Shown: positions 11,041 through 22,937, counted from the stretch's first letter. The stretch: DNA of 64,000 nucleotides from Cyanophora paradoxa CCMP329 (GCA_004431415.1 QPMI01000478.1:62001-126000), one strand, 5' to 3'. Translations and numbers: made by a program. Notes: generated by a model from the sequence alone, not told the origin.

Positions 11041-14000
11041 TTACACCAGCAGTTGGTCTTCCAGTCGTGGCCCCGCTGCAATCCACTGCACCTCAAAAAT
11101 CCACGGGTTGCCCGAGAGGGTCACCCCGCCACGGCACTTAAGTTTTAGCACCCATCCAAACCCTTTGACAATGCTGTAGGTAATGTTACCGTTGCTGTCC
11201 AAGCCATAGGGAACGTCAACCGCTTCCAGTATAGCAACATCAAAGTAGCTGCCAAATCCGTTCTTCGACTTGAACGAGAGTGAGATGGAAGGGTCGTTCA
11301 TGTACTCTATCGAGAACGTCTCTGACCCCGACGCTGTCACAATTTCCCCGTCTGTGTATTCCCTGTTTGCAAGAATACGTGAAGTTTTCCCTGTCTGAAC
11401 GTACGCCTGTTCGTTCACCCTCCGCTTCGAGGCATATGCATCGTCGTGATCGTGACCGGTCGTTGAATACTGGCTGTGACTGTGGGTGAAGGGGGCGTAC
11501 GTCCCCTCGTGATCGTGCCCTGCTGTCGCGTACACCCCTTCATGATTGTGCGTTGAGAGGGCGTACCCCGATACATCGGGTGCCCCTGCCCAGTCCCTGA
11601 TCTCAGAGATCGAGTGTGTGTGCCCCCTGCCGCTCAGATCCGCAAAGGCGCCAGTGTACGCAACCGTTGCCAGGCGGGGCTGCACGACGCCCACAGTGCT
11701 GACGGGCTGACTCACTGTGTACTCGAGCTCGGCTGCGTTTCGGGTTGCCTGCGTCGGCTTACCTGTGATGCTCTCCCACGCCCACGTCGTTGGTACCGTC
11801 GGTATCGTTGGCTTTCCTTTCAGGTCTTCGTATGCGCCCGTGTGCGCCACCGTCGCTAGTTGAGGCCCGATTACGCCAACGGTGCTGATAGCCTGGCTCG
11901 CCCCCGGCGCCATGTGCCACTCGTAGTTCTGCGACGCAAACACGGGCTGGTCGGCCGAGGGCGCCCAGTACTCGATGCCTTTGGTGATCTTTTTGGTGTA
12001 AGGGGCTGCAGGCCTGTCAACCAATTTATCGACGTAGGCCTTGGGTACCAGCCAGTTTGCCTTGGGGCTCTGCGAATTGATCCCGTTGTCTATGAAGGCC
12101 CCGTAATTCCTGAAGGCCTCGGCCTCCCACCAATCCTGCATGCGGAAGGTACCGGGAATCTCGAGGCGCGAGTTGGCGTCCGCCAGGCGGGCCACCTGCG
12201 CCCCTCCGTTCGACGAGACGCCCGAGTGACGGATGGCCGAGCCGAATTCGCGCCTTAGGGCGTCGATGTGGTTGATTCTGTTGAGGCCCTCCTGGTAGAC
12301 CGCAATTAATACGCGCTTCCTGTTCTTGGCCTCCGCCGTCATCATTTCCTTTAGATCCAGCATCACCTGCTTTAGGCCAATGTTCAGGGCCAGTAGCCCA
12401 TCCTGCATTGTTTCCGTGAGCTGCGACAGGTATAGCACCGTTGCACGATCAATTTCGAGCAGAGTCTTCTGGTCCTTGGGGGTACGGTAATCGTTGATTG
12501 CGTTGTCGAGTGCGTGGATGAACTTCTGCAGGCTTTCGGGCTGCTTCTGGTTTCCAGCGTCCATCTTCAGCGTTTCGATCTCCATGATGAGTTTCAGCGC
12601 CCCGTTGTCGCCGCCCCTTCCGGTAAAAACGCCCATGGGGTTGTCGCCTAGCTCGCCCTCAATTCGCCGAATCCGCATCCTCAGTTGCTCGGCCTCGGAG
12701 CCGAAGGTCTCAATGCCCCACTCGACCATGTCCTGCGCGATCTTGCCGATGAACTGAATCGTATCGGCTGCCCAGTTGATGGGTACATAAAAAAGTTCTT
12801 GATGATGGTACCCACATCCCTCTTGTTCAGGATGTCCACGAAGACGCCGGCGATCATTCCTGCGAGGATCGACAGGCCCATGCCACCCACGAACCCAATC
12901 TTCATGCCAGGTCTCAGGAACTGAAGGCCGGACGTGAGCCCCTGCTGAAGGCCAAACGAGCCCACGGTCATGATCATGCTGTCGCGGAAGTTGTCCATGA
13001 ACTGCGCTTGCGTGATCTGTCCGCTCTCCAGGGCTTGGTAGGACGAGAGTAGCCCGCCCAGTGCCGTCAGCCCAAGGCCGGCCGCCCCCGCCCCCAGTCG
13101 TCTGCCGGCCCTTGAGCCCGTACCCCCAAGCCCGGCGCCCACCAGGTCGATACCCGCCCCCTGGAAGAGGTCGGCCACACCAAAGGGCATGCCATCGTTG
13201 TTGGTCGTACCTGCCGCGGAGAAGAGGGTCTCGGCGCTGAAGGCCTCCTTGGCCACGCCGGGTCGCCTGGCCCTCGGGCGCCCCAGGAAGGCGTCGCGCT
13301 GCTCTTTGGTGGTGAATCGCTCGAGGTCGAAATCCGCGAGGGCGTCGGCGGTGGCGCGGTTCCAGTCGCCGTAGGGCATGAGGGCGTTGCGCAGGATGGT
13401 GTCGGAGTCGCCCATCACGCGCCTGTCGAGCGTCTGAAATACGCCCTCGGAGGGCAGGCGGGCGGTGCCCGGGCGCATTTCCTCCACGGAAACGTCGTCC
13501 CTCTCCGCGAGTGTGATGTCGTCTGGGCTGGCCAAGCCGACGCCCGCGCCCTCATCGGCGTACGCCCTTCCCCTTCGTTTTAATATTTGATTGGCCTCCC
13601 GCTTCAAGGCTTGGTACTCTGTTTCTACCTTTGTTTTTCTCGCCTCCTCCTCTGCCGCCTTGCGCTCTGCGATCTTCCTCCTCTGCTCTTCTATCTCGGC
13701 GTTGCGTCTCGCCGCGTTCTCCTTCGCCTGCTGCTTCCGCTCTTCAATCACCCTGTTTGCGTACTCCTTGTCCGCTTGGGCCTTTCTGTAGCGCTCCTCG
13801 ATCTGACTCTTGGCCTCGTCTCCTCTCTTCCTTAGTTCGCCTATGAACGCCGTTGTATCTATGTAAAGCTTGTATTTGGCGGTGGATGCTCACGTTTAAA
13901 GGCCTCCAGATCGCGCACCATGGCGTCGTACTGTGCAAGCCCCTCCGCTGGAATGACGGCTCTTCGCTTTTCCCAAAACTTGCTCAGCTTCTCCACGTAA

Positions 14001-16380
14001 TTGACCATGCCGACGTACGCGCTCTGTGCGCCGATGCTCACCGTTTTCGGATTGGCTCGCAGCTCTGCCAGAAACTCCCGCTTGTACATCCCGTACATTG
14101 ACGATTCGAGGGCCCCCGCCACAGGCTCGCTTCCGTCCGCAGTTCGCGGTGCATCTCCTCCGCGTCGCCGTATGCTATCCAGATGGCATCGCTGATGGGC
14201 CTCTGAACTGCCTTGCGCTCAAAGTTTTTCCACTTCTCATCGGCCATCTTTCTCCTCAGTTCTTCGGCGTCTTTCTGGCCCCTTCCTGTCAGCTGGTTCA
14301 TCACATATGTGAATTCATGAATGTCATCCCCGAGAGCTCGTATTTTCTCGCCGTTGCGTGATTCGTTCCTCTTCAGCTCTCGCATCTTTGCCCCCATAGC
14401 ATCGAGGGTGGCGTTCTTGAAGGCCTCGAGGGCCCTCTTCCGCCCCGCAACCTTTGGCTCCTCCAGCCGTGCAAATTCCTCGTCTGATGCAGTTTGCATT
14501 GCCTTCAGTCGTTCCTCTTCTGTCTTGGCGGCTGCCTCTTCGTCTGCCCTGCGCCGCTGCTCTAACGCATCGAAGAGGGCCCTCTGGTCCTCGATCGTGA
14601 GGCCGATGAGCTCTTTCACCTGGTCGCTCCTACCCAGACGCGCAAAGGGTAGCCTCTCGGCGGCCGGCCTTGGATCGGGCCTCGGCGTCGTCTGCGTCTC
14701 GGCCGTCCCCATGGGCGAGCGTGCCTCTGCGGTGGCCGCGTACTTGAGCAGCCTCTGTGCCAGCTCGTCCGCGTTGGCCTTGAATTTTTTCGACTGCTCG
14801 TCTGCTCGCTCGGCCGCCTCCTTTAAATTTTTGATCTCCTCCCGGAGCCTGTTCGCCTCCTGCACCGCGCCCGTTTGCAGCTCTCCTGCCTTTCTCCTCG
14901 TTTCCTCTTCCTCTTCCAGCAGCTGCCTCCTTGCCTCTGCCTCCTTTTCCAATTTCTTCTTCCTATCCTCGATCTCTTTCCTCTGCGCCTCGAGCAGCTC
15001 TGTGCCCGCGGTAAGCGCCTCAATTTCCTGGAGCTTTTTCGCCTTGGCGGCTTCCCTTTGCTCGTTTATCCTCTTCAGCTCCTCCTCGGCGTCGAGTATC
15101 ATTTTCGTGCGCTCTTCCGCGACCTGGCGCTCTGCCGACCTTAGCGCGGTGAGGGCGCTCTCTTCCTGCCTTTGCGCGTCTGTCATCAGCTTGTTCGCTT
15201 CCGCCTTCTTCTCCGCGACCTCTGTCATTTCCTTGTCTTTCAGCTCGCTCCATTGCTTCTTTTCGTTCTCGAGTTTGTAGTACTCGCGCTGCGCGTCCTC
15301 GGTATCGAATTTAATGGGGGGTCTCGCGTTCAGCTCGTCGATTTGCCTCACGAACCCCTTCCGATCCTTGTAGTATTTGATGCCGCCTACGATGAGGGCG
15401 CCCCCGAAGATGGCCGTTGAAGTGGCGAGGCCTGCTACCTTATCCATGCCCTCCCCGCCTGAGCCGCCGCCACCCGAGCCGCTGCTGCCCCCGCCCCCGC
15501 CCACTGGCGTGCCGCTGGAGCCCCCTCCGCCCCCCGTGCCTGTACCCCCACCCCCGGTGCCTGTACCCCCACCCCCGGTGCCTGTACCCCCACCTCCCGT
15601 GCTTCCGCCGCCCGTACCCCCACCCGGAATCGCGCCCGGCACCTTGGGCCCGCCGATGATGTCGTCGTACAGGTGGCGGTGCGCCCAGTCCGTGATGTCG
15701 GCCTTCACGTGCGGGTGCTTGACGAGGGCGTACCTCTCGTCGTGGAAGTGGTCCTTCAGCGCCCAGTTCTGCGTCTTCGCCCAGTCCGAGCGATCGGGGA
15801 GCACGTCGGGTGCCGTTGGGATGCGGCCCCCGCCCGTCGTCTCCGGCGTCTCGCCCGTCCTGTCGGCGCTCAGGGCGCGGATGTTCACCTTGAAGTGGTC
15901 GAACCACGCGAAAAACTCCTCCCTGTCGCGCCTGTACTGCTCGGGCTCCATGCTCGGCAGCGCCTGGCGGCTCCAGTAGATGTGGCGCAATGGGCCCGCG
16001 ATGCGCTCGAGTGCGTTGTACCCGGGCCTCACGTCTCCCTCTGCGCCCTTTAGAGTCAGTTTCACGAGGTTCAGGGTGGCATCTTTTGCTGTGACGGAGT
16101 TTGCGATTTTCACGTCGGCCGCCCTCTTAATAATGTTCCAGTCCACGCCCGTCTCGGTCGTCACGCCCCAGAGCCCCTTGATAATTGCGGTGAGGTCACC
16201 GTAATCGTCCAAGGTACCGACGGACGTCAGGAAATCGCTGTAGGTCGCGCCCTTGCGCAGCCTTATCTCATCCGCATAAATTCCCCTCACGCTCAGGCTC
16301 CCGTCTATCGCGAAGGCACCGTTCAGCACCTCGTCCGGATTCGGGATGGCCATGCGCCAGGGGTCGTCGAGCATCGACAT
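11041..16380 (-). CDS. Large (~1,780 aa) fiber/tape-measure-like virion protein split by about 3 frameshifts
   Basis: ORFs 14038-16380, 13859-14122, 12681-13751 and 11041-12729 join by single-base shifts; Gly-rich linker, long coiled coil, hydrophobic segments, tail-fiber-like HxH and LATVA(H/Y)TG repeats. Confidence 0.7.
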
Positions 16381-16405
16381 TTTATCCGCGAGAGAGAAAA
16401 ATTAA

Positions 16406-16882
16406 CTAATGCTCCGCGTCCCACGTCCACTTCAGCTTGCCGCTCACCTCGCCCGTTGTCCAACGGCCCACGGGCACCTGCCAGAAAACGTCGGCGTAGG
16501 GGTAATCGGGCCTGATAACTATCTGCTCGTCGCGCAGCCAGCGGTAGGCCTCGGAGGCATCGCGTATTTTCGGCTCCCAGTATTCCCCGCCCGTGCCGTT
16601 CGGCAGCGAGTACCCCTCCCTTGCTACCCGCACCCTGTAAAAGTGATCGCCCGTTAGCGTGTCTACCTCCCTGTACTCGAATTCTACGATTAAGGCCAAG
16701 TCCTGCCATGCGCTCTCGCCGAGACGGATGTGACTGAGGCTGTGCAGCAGCCCGTATTTAATTGGACCAGAGGCGGTTACAAGATCGACTCTGTAAGTAA
16801 GGGGCGAGGGGTAGCCAGGCACACCCGTAAAGGTGCGCGTCTTGACGCCCGAGCCCTTTCGCGGGAATATGATCAGGCGCAT
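16406..16882 (-). CDS. Viral hypothetical protein
   Basis: ORF in structural cluster; upstream ATTTTCGCA motif. Confidence 0.7.
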   Translation of the reverse strand: MRLIIFPRKGSGVKTRTFTGVPGYPSPLTYRVDLVTASGPIKYGLLHSLSHIRLGESAWQDLALIVEFEYREVDTLTGDHFYRVRVAREGYSLPNGTGGEYWEPKIRDASEAYRWLRDEQIVIRPDYPYADVFWQVPVGRWTTGEVSGKLKWTWDAEH

Positions 16883-16912
16883 TTAAGGGGGGCCTGCGAA
16901 AATCTAGTCGGC

Positions 16913-17362
16913 CTATTTAGCGTAGGCCCAGAGGCCGAAGTTCTTGACGATGAAGGCGTTGTTCTTCTTCGTGGCGCCCGTGATGTCGGTGAAGCGCACG
17001 CGCAGCTCCTGGAATTTGTCGTACGCGACGTAATTCGGGCGCACGGCCATGGGTACCTCGAACCAGTAAAGGATGGTGTTTTCCAGGCCGTCGTGGCCCC
17101 ACGTCGGAATCACGACCTTGTTGATGCACGCGTTCACGTTCGAGATGGTCGTGACGTTCAAGTCGGGCGCGTCCATCAGCAGCACGTTTGCGGTTTTCGC
17201 GGCGGTGGGGTCCGGAATCGCGGTCGTGTCCAGCTCCAGGTAGACTCCCTTGATCTGCAGCGTGTCGATGTCGGAGGGGATCTGGTTCAGCCTGAGGCGC
17301 CAGAAGCCCTCGGAATCCTGCGTCTCTCCGTTCGACTGGACGTAGAGGTTAACGCAGGACAT
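16913..17362 (-). CDS. Candidate single-jelly-roll minor capsid (penton) protein
   Basis: 149 aa, beta-strand pattern, C-terminal FQELRVRFTDITG resembling penton l..l.v.f.d..G motif. Confidence 0.5.
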   Translation of the reverse strand: MSCVNLYVQSNGETQDSEGFWRLRLNQIPSDIDTLQIKGVYLELDTTAIPDPTAAKTANVLLMDAPDLNVTTISNVNACINKVVIPTWGHDGLENTILYWFEVPMAVRPNYVAYDKFQELRVRFTDITGATKKNNAFIVKNFGLWAYAK

Positions 17363-17391
17363 TATTTAGGGCCTTAGGAGGGGCTGAGAAA

Positions 17392-17580
17392 TTAAGCCCG
17401 CTTCGGTCCCATGTTCAGGAGGGTGGGCCCCACGAAGTAGTAGCCCGCGAATTGCGCGAGGAGGATCCGCAGCAGGTAGTAGCGCGCGGGCGACATGTAC
17501 GCAACGGCGCCGAGGGTCAGCAGGCTGCCCAGGTAGCGCGAATCGCTGAGGATGCTGTCGAGGCTCGGCAGGGACATCAT
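17392..17580 (-). CDS. Small membrane protein
   Basis: 62 aa, two hydrophobic segments; upstream AATTTCTGA. Confidence 0.65.
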   Translation of the reverse strand: MMSLPSLDSILSDSRYLGSLLTLGAVAYMSPARYYLLRILLAQFAGYYFVGPTLLNMGPKRA

Positions 17581-17608
17581 TCTCGGGTTTAAGGCCCCTT
17601 TCAGAAAT

Positions 17609-17959
17609 TTACTTGGGCATGAAGAAATTCCTGACGCGCTCTCCCTCCTCGTGCAGCGCCCACTGCAGCCGGTCGATGACGGCGGCCATCACGGGCGGGC
17701 TCGCGGCGGGGTTTTTCGCGTACGCCCGGGCGTCCTCTGCCATCTGGGGGTGGTACTGCTCGACGCGCTTGGCGTAGCTCGCGATGGCGCGGCGGGTGCA
17801 CCGATCCAGGTCAGCCGCCATTTCCGCCGGTGCCTTCGGCTGCTGCTGCTTCTTTCGCGCGTAAGTCCTAAGAAGCCAAGGGTAGGCCGTGGTGCTGCTG
17901 CTGGAGTTGCTGGGCGCTGGGGCCTCTGCGCTGGGGGCTGGTGTCGCGGGAGTCTCCAT
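17609..17959 (-). CDS. Viral hypothetical protein
   Basis: ORF with upstream TTTTTCTAG motif. Confidence 0.6.
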   Translation of the reverse strand: METPATPAPSAEAPAPSNSSSSTTAYPWLLRTYARKKQQQPKAPAEMAADLDRCTRRAIASYAKRVEQYHPQMAEDARAYAKNPAASPPVMAAVIDRLQWALHEEGERVRNFFMPK

Positions 17960-18239
17960 TTCCCATGTTCTCTAGAAAAAAACGGGTACCGGTTTGCGTC
18001 ATCTGAATGTCGACGTGGTGCGGCCCTATGTTCTGCGTGCTCTCGCGCCTCTGCTGCTCCGGTGGGGGTTCGGGCTCGGGCTGTCCGCGGCGGACGACCC
18101 TAAGGGCCGCCGCCTTCAGGGCGCCCAGCACTGTGTTGGGGCCGACGCGCTCCGTGCCGCCCAGCAGCTCCGAGACCAGGAAGAGCGCGCCGCAGACGAC
18201 GGTGATGATGTCCGAGTGGGTGCATTCCCCCTGGAACAT
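17868..18239 (-). CDS. Small membrane protein (3' end uncertain)
   Basis: IITVVCGALFLVSELLG hydrophobic segment. Confidence 0.5.
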   Translation of the reverse strand: MFQGECTHSDIITVVCGALFLVSELLGGTERVGPNTVLGALKAAALRVVRRGQPEPEPPPEQQRRESTQNIGPHHVDIQMTQTGTRFFLENMGNGDSRDTSPQRRGPSAQQLQQQHHGLPLAS

Positions 18240-18261
18240 TTTCGCGGGCCCGTCAGATTTA

Positions 18262-20306
18262 TTATCCGCTACCCCTTCCCCTTCCGCGCCCCTTGCCTTT
18301 GCCGCGCCCTCGGCCCCTGGCCCTCAGGTCGCCGATTTCCGCGGCCTGCGGCGCGAAGCGGGGATCGTCCGCCTGGCCGGCGTCCGCCTGGCCGGCGTCC
18401 GCCTGGAAAATCGTGAAGAGGTACCCGTCCGTGTTGTTGTCGGTGTTGTTCGTGTTTCGCGCGTGCGACCACTCTTTCAGTAAATCGCGCCTCTGCTTGT
18501 CGGGCAGCGTCTTTGAGAGGTACTCCTGCAGCTTGCTCGCGTAATTTTCCTCTGGGATCAGCGACGCAAGGACGGTGGGCGGATCTTTCCCCATGCCTAT
18601 CTTCTCTTCCGTCAGCATGCGCTCGAGCTCTGCGATTTCCACCATCGTATCGATGCTCGGTTGAGGCCCTGCCTCTGCCCTCTTCTGGTCTACGAGGCGC
18701 TGCCCGCCGCCGTGAATTTCGCGGACAGAATTTGGTGCAGCCGCTCGTACACCGTCGTGGTGCTCGGCTCCTTCTCCTTCAGCAGCACCACCCAGTCGTA
18801 ATTCGCCCACAGCACCTGCAAATTCGATATGTGATCGATCGTCACCAGCACGTGGGCGTGCAGCGCGCCGTCCGTCGGCCCCACCTCCACGCCCCCTTGC
18901 ACGCGAATTCCGATGATTGCGTTGGCGTACGTGTCGTCCTTGTACTTGCCGTTCTCTTCCTTCATATTGAAGCGTATGAACTTGTAGAATTCTGCGTCCG
19001 AGAGCACCTCTGCGAGGCTGTCGCGCAGCGCCGCCGCCTCGAATTCGCGCGCCTCTCCCAGGCGCTTGTGTGTGTTGAAGAGCACCCAGTAGCGCGACTG
19101 GCGCGCCTGTCGTATGTCGTACCGCGTGCTTCCGTCGGGATTCTTTTTGTTGAGGATGAAGACCGACCGCCCCGTCTCGCTGATTTCCGTGATCACCTTC
19201 TCGAGCGCCTCCAGCCCGTTTGCCTGCGCCGCCTGCAGTCCCGTTTTCGCCTTCTCTATGTTCTGCTTTACCTCTTGCGCGTCCGCGAAGGTTGCCATTA
19301 AATCTTCCATGCTCGGCGCCACGATTTTCGCCTTTCTGATTTTCGACTGCGCAGAGTTGGGCTCGATGACGGACGATCCGAAGTCAGCGGCCGTATCCTT
19401 TGCCTTTTTCGTGGTCTTTGGCTTCGGCCCGCCGAGCACGCTCTCGACCATGTGGTCGCGCGTCTGCTTGGAGACGGTGGCCGTGTCGCCCCTCTTTCGC
19501 CTCTGCAGGCCCAAGATCACGAGCAGGCCCTTGTTGCCGAGCAGCGTGACGCACTTCTGGCAGAGCCACGAGTTTCTGGGCGACACCGTGGGCACCTGCG
19601 CCGGCTTCTTGTCCTTGATGAGGGGGTACGGCTCCTGGCCCTTTTTCTTTCCCTTGCCGTTTTGCTTGGCCGCCCACGCGTTTGCCTTCTCTATGACCGC
19701 GACGTACTCTTCGTACACGGCATCCTTCCTCGCCTGCGCTGCCTCCCTCGCGGCGATTTTCTCTGGCGTGTTGGCCCCCTTGGCGCTCGGCACGGGCGTG
19801 GCTTCGTACATGAGGCGAAGGCAGCGGTAGCAGATTGGCGGCGATTTCTGCGCGCTCTGGTACGTGCGCGGTATGGCGCGCAGTCGCTCCTCGGGGAGTT
19901 TATCGTACTCGATTTCGCTGTGGATGCTCCAGAGGGTCGCGGGCTCGTGGTATGATTTATCGAGCAGCGATGGGAGCATCTGAACTTCTTTGGTGGCCGA
20001 GAGCTTGATGTAATCGGATATGCTCTTCTGCTGCTGGAATATGCCGTCCTCGCCCTGAACCAGCACGTATCGCTTCGGAATCTCAACGACGGGCGTCTCG
20101 AGCTCGTCCACGCCGGTATCGGGTGCGCCCCCCTTGGCCTTTCCCTTTCCCTTGCCCTTGCCCTTGCCCTTGCCCTTCGGCTTAGGCTCCGGCTCCTCTT
20201 CCTCCTCTTCTTCCTCTGACTCGGAGGACGGGGACGTGGGCTCCTCTTCCTCTGACTCGCTCGAGCTCTCTGGCTTCTTCTTGCGGCCTCGGCGCTTCGG
20301 AGGCAT
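18262..20306 (-). CDS. Long HUH endonuclease (one frameshift near 18705)
   Basis: Motif I-like YWVLFNT, motif II EVGPTDGALHAHVLV; motif III YLSK lies in the shifted ORF 18262-18810; N-terminal CxxC pairs. Confidence 0.75.
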
Positions 20307-20329
20307 ATTTATTGGCCACGAGAAAAAAT

Positions 20330-21172
20330 TTACACGAGCTTTGCAGCACCCGTCTCGAGGGCCTCTACCGTCTTCGTAATGTACAGCTGCAGCAGATCCT
20401 TAAGGTTGCTCTGCGGCAGCAATTTTACGTCTACGTGCATCTGCCTGGCGGTTTCTCGCTTCTTGTAGCCCGTCTCCTTGCCCGTCCACTGCATGCCGAG
20501 GGCGTCCTTTCTCCGTATCGGCCGCACCGCCGTCTTCTGGTACTCCTCTCCGAACCAGTCGTCCTTGTAGAAATTCGGCAGGCCGCCCTGCCCCTCCGTT
20601 TGCATGAACTTGATGAGGAAATCCGACGCCCGCTTGCCGTCGAATTGGACGCGCGAGTAGTGCACCAGCGTGAGCAGGATGTGCGCATGGAGCCGCCCCG
20701 ACCGCGGCCCGTACTCGATGCCGATGTTTGCGTTGCCCTTCTCCACGTGCGTGTCGTACTGGTCCGACTTGAAATCGAAATTCTTGGGGTTCGCCTTGTC
20801 GGGGTACACCCCCATCTTTATGCACCGCGCCAGCTGCCTGTCGTCGTAGAAGAGGGCCTCCAGCCCCCTGTGAAAAGCGTCCTGCACCTTGGCGCCCTCT
20901 CCCCTGCTCCGCGGCCTGTAGTTGGTCTGGATGGTGATCATGAAATTCGACTCGCGCTGGGGTCGATCCTCTCCGTTTATTTTCCTCACGGGCGCCGCGT
21001 CCAGCACCTTCTGGAACCACGTCTTGTCGGGCGCCAGCACCTTGTCGTTGATGTTGCCCACGACGATGTGAGTCTCTACCCGGGAGCGGCCGGAGGCGTC
21101 CATGCGGAGGTGCGGGTTCGGAGCGCGGGCTTGCCTGTTTGCTGCTACGCCCCTCGCGATGAGGTTGAGCAT
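20330..21172 (-). CDS. HUH (rolling-circle Rep-like) endonuclease
   Basis: NFMITIQTN (I), EYGPRSGRLHAHILL (II), YITK (III); ATG 21172 after AATTTTCTAG. Confidence 0.85.
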   Translation of the reverse strand: MLNLIARGVAANRQARAPNPHLRMDASGRSRVETHIVVGNINDKVLAPDKTWFQKVLDAAPVRKINGEDRPQRESNFMITIQTNYRPRSRGEGAKVQDAFHRGLEALFYDDRQLARCIKMGVYPDKANPKNFDFKSDQYDTHVEKGNANIGIEYGPRSGRLHAHILLTLVHYSRVQFDGKRASDFLIKFMQTEGQGGLPNFYKDDWFGEEYQKTAVRPIRRKDALGMQWTGKETGYKKRETARQMHVDVKLLPQSNLKDLLQLYITKTVEALETGAAKLV

Positions 21173-21392
21173 GTCAGACAAGGGCCTAGAAAATTTTCCG
21201 AGGCTAGGGTGAGCTTCCACGTGGGGCCCCGGGGTACGTTCACACCTCACCTGAGCCTCACATGAATCACCTGAGCAACGCCTTCTGTCACATCTGCGGC
21301 CTCACCTGCGGCTGGGACCCACTCGATTGCGCGAAGCCCGTTTGCCACTTCTGCAAGGGAATAGCGCAGCTGCAGTACGAGGACTCGGAGGA

Positions 21393-22223
21393 ATGGCAGA
21401 CTCTGGCGAAGTCGATCTCCTGCTCCGCAACTTCGAGCAGATCCAGCGCTACGGCGCCATCCTTCACGACGAGGGGGACCCAGACTTCGACACTCCGGCA
21501 CCGTACCCCGCCGCCGCCGCCGCCATCACCAGTTCCTACCTCGGGGCCGGAGAGCGCCCCCGCAAGCGCAACCGCCGCACCCAAGGCCCCCAAGGCGAAG
21601 CCGCTGTCCCCTGCGGAAATTGCGGCTCTACCGCCCTCGTTGGCGTTCACCTGGATGGGGATCTGGTTTGCCAAGGCTGCGGTCTGGTCCTGGATCTTTA
21701 TTATCCGGACCATCAACCCCTGGCTGTCAGCGAAATCCACAGCAACTACCTGCGCAAGTACCACGTATCTGAGCGACTTAAGCAACACTGCCTGGAGGAT
21801 TCTCCGGTACCCGAGGACGTGCTGGCAGCTATTGCGCGGCGCATGGCGGGGAAGGAGTGGAGCAAAGACAATATCCGCCAAGTTCTCCGGGCTCTGAAGC
21901 AGCAGAAGTACATCGAGCGCTGGGCGCAGATCAAGTGGCGCATCACGGGCGAGCGCCCGCCTCCGATGAGCGCGGAGGACATGGACCGGGTGCAGGAGAT
22001 GTTCGCCCTGGTGGAGGTCCCCTTTAGCATGTTCAAGTCGCAGGGCAGGAAGAACATGCTCAACTACAACTACGTTTTCAGGCAGATTTTCGTATTGCTA
22101 GATTTGCCCCAGCACCTCCCCTACTTTCCCTTGCTCAAGAGCAGGCAGAAACTCTCGGAGTTAGATTCGATTTGGAACAGGATCTGCGAGTACAACGACT
22201 GGCATTTCTTTCCTACTCTTTAG
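21393..22223 (+). CDS. Viral late transcription factor 3 (VLTF3-like)
   Basis: CGNC...VCQGCG Zn ribbon; RKNMLNYNYVFRQIF...FPLLKSRQKL...IWNRIC...W.F.PT C-terminal signature. Confidence 0.93.
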   Translation: MADSGEVDLLLRNFEQIQRYGAILHDEGDPDFDTPAPYPAAAAAITSSYLGAGERPRKRNRRTQGPQGEAAVPCGNCGSTALVGVHLDGDLVCQGCGLVLDLYYPDHQPLAVSEIHSNYLRKYHVSERLKQHCLEDSPVPEDVLAAIARRMAGKEWSKDNIRQVLRALKQQKYIERWAQIKWRITGERPPPMSAEDMDRVQEMFALVEVPFSMFKSQGRKNMLNYNYVFRQIFVLLDLPQHLPYFPLLKSRQKLSELDSIWNRICEYNDWHFFPTL

Positions 22224-22557
22224 TGATCGCGGCGGCCTTCCGCTCGAGCGCCTGCTTGATTCCGAAGCTAGCGCTGGTAGCCTTGATTAGCATGTTCGTC
22301 TGCCCGTGTGTAAATCCGAGGATGAACATAATTCCGCCGGTGGGGTCGTCGTCGAAGAACTTGAGGGTGAGCACGTACTTCGAGAGCAGGCCGAGGGAGA
22401 GGCCGTTGACGGCGACTTGCGCGGCGAGCTCGGCCGCGTGGCCCGCCCTATTTTCGCCTTCGTGCGAGGAGAAGGCGGCGTCGATGAGGGAGCCGGATGC
22501 CAGGCCGAGGGCGTACTGCACGATAGCCTGGGAGAGCCCTAGGAGCACCTTTGACAT
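22213..22557 (-). CDS. Small hydrophobic viral protein
   Basis: 114 aa with hydrophobic helices; upstream AATTTCCGA. Confidence 0.65.
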   Translation of the reverse strand: MSKVLLGLSQAIVQYALGLASGSLIDAAFSSHEGENRAGHAAELAAQVAVNGLSLGLLSKYVLTLKFFDDDPTGGIMFILGFTHGQTNMLIKATSASFGIKQALERKAAAITKE

Positions 22558-22592
22558 TTTCCTGGGGCCTCGGAAATTTTTAAGGGGCGCGC

Positions 22593-22937
22593 CTAGGCGT
22601 CGGAGTCCTCGTCCTCAGTCTCCTCCTCTTCCGAGCTCGATTCCGAGGTTGCAAAGTCGTCCGGGTCGCGCACGTAAATAACTCTGTCTCCCTCTTCGTC
22701 TGTCATCTCCTCCGAGCTGGTGTCCTCGCTGCCCAGCGACTCGGCCGCGGCCTCGTCCGCCGCCTCCGACGTGAGGCGCTCCCAGTTAATTCCCAGCGCG
22801 TCGCAGATCCTCTCCAGGGCGCTGCTGACCTCGCCGTCGTTAAAGGGCGAGGAGGGGTCGAGGCTCGCCTCCAGGAGGCAGTCGTAGACGATAGACTCGA
22901 CGCGGAAGACGGAGGCGATGTGGGCGCTGGGCGACAT
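22593..22937 (-). CDS. Acidic viral hypothetical protein
   Basis: ORF directly after ATPase; upstream TTTTTTCTGA. Confidence 0.65.
   Translation of the reverse strand: MSPSAHIASVFRVESIVYDCLLEASLDPSSPFNDGEVSSALERICDALGINWERLTSEAADEAAAESLGSEDTSSEEMTDEEGDRVIYVRDPDDFATSESSSEEEETEDEDSDA

Noticed and set aside
15430-15625. G/C-rich repeats here and at 27480-27680 as regulatory repeats
   Set aside because: They encode Gly-Thr and poly-Pro linkers within ORFs
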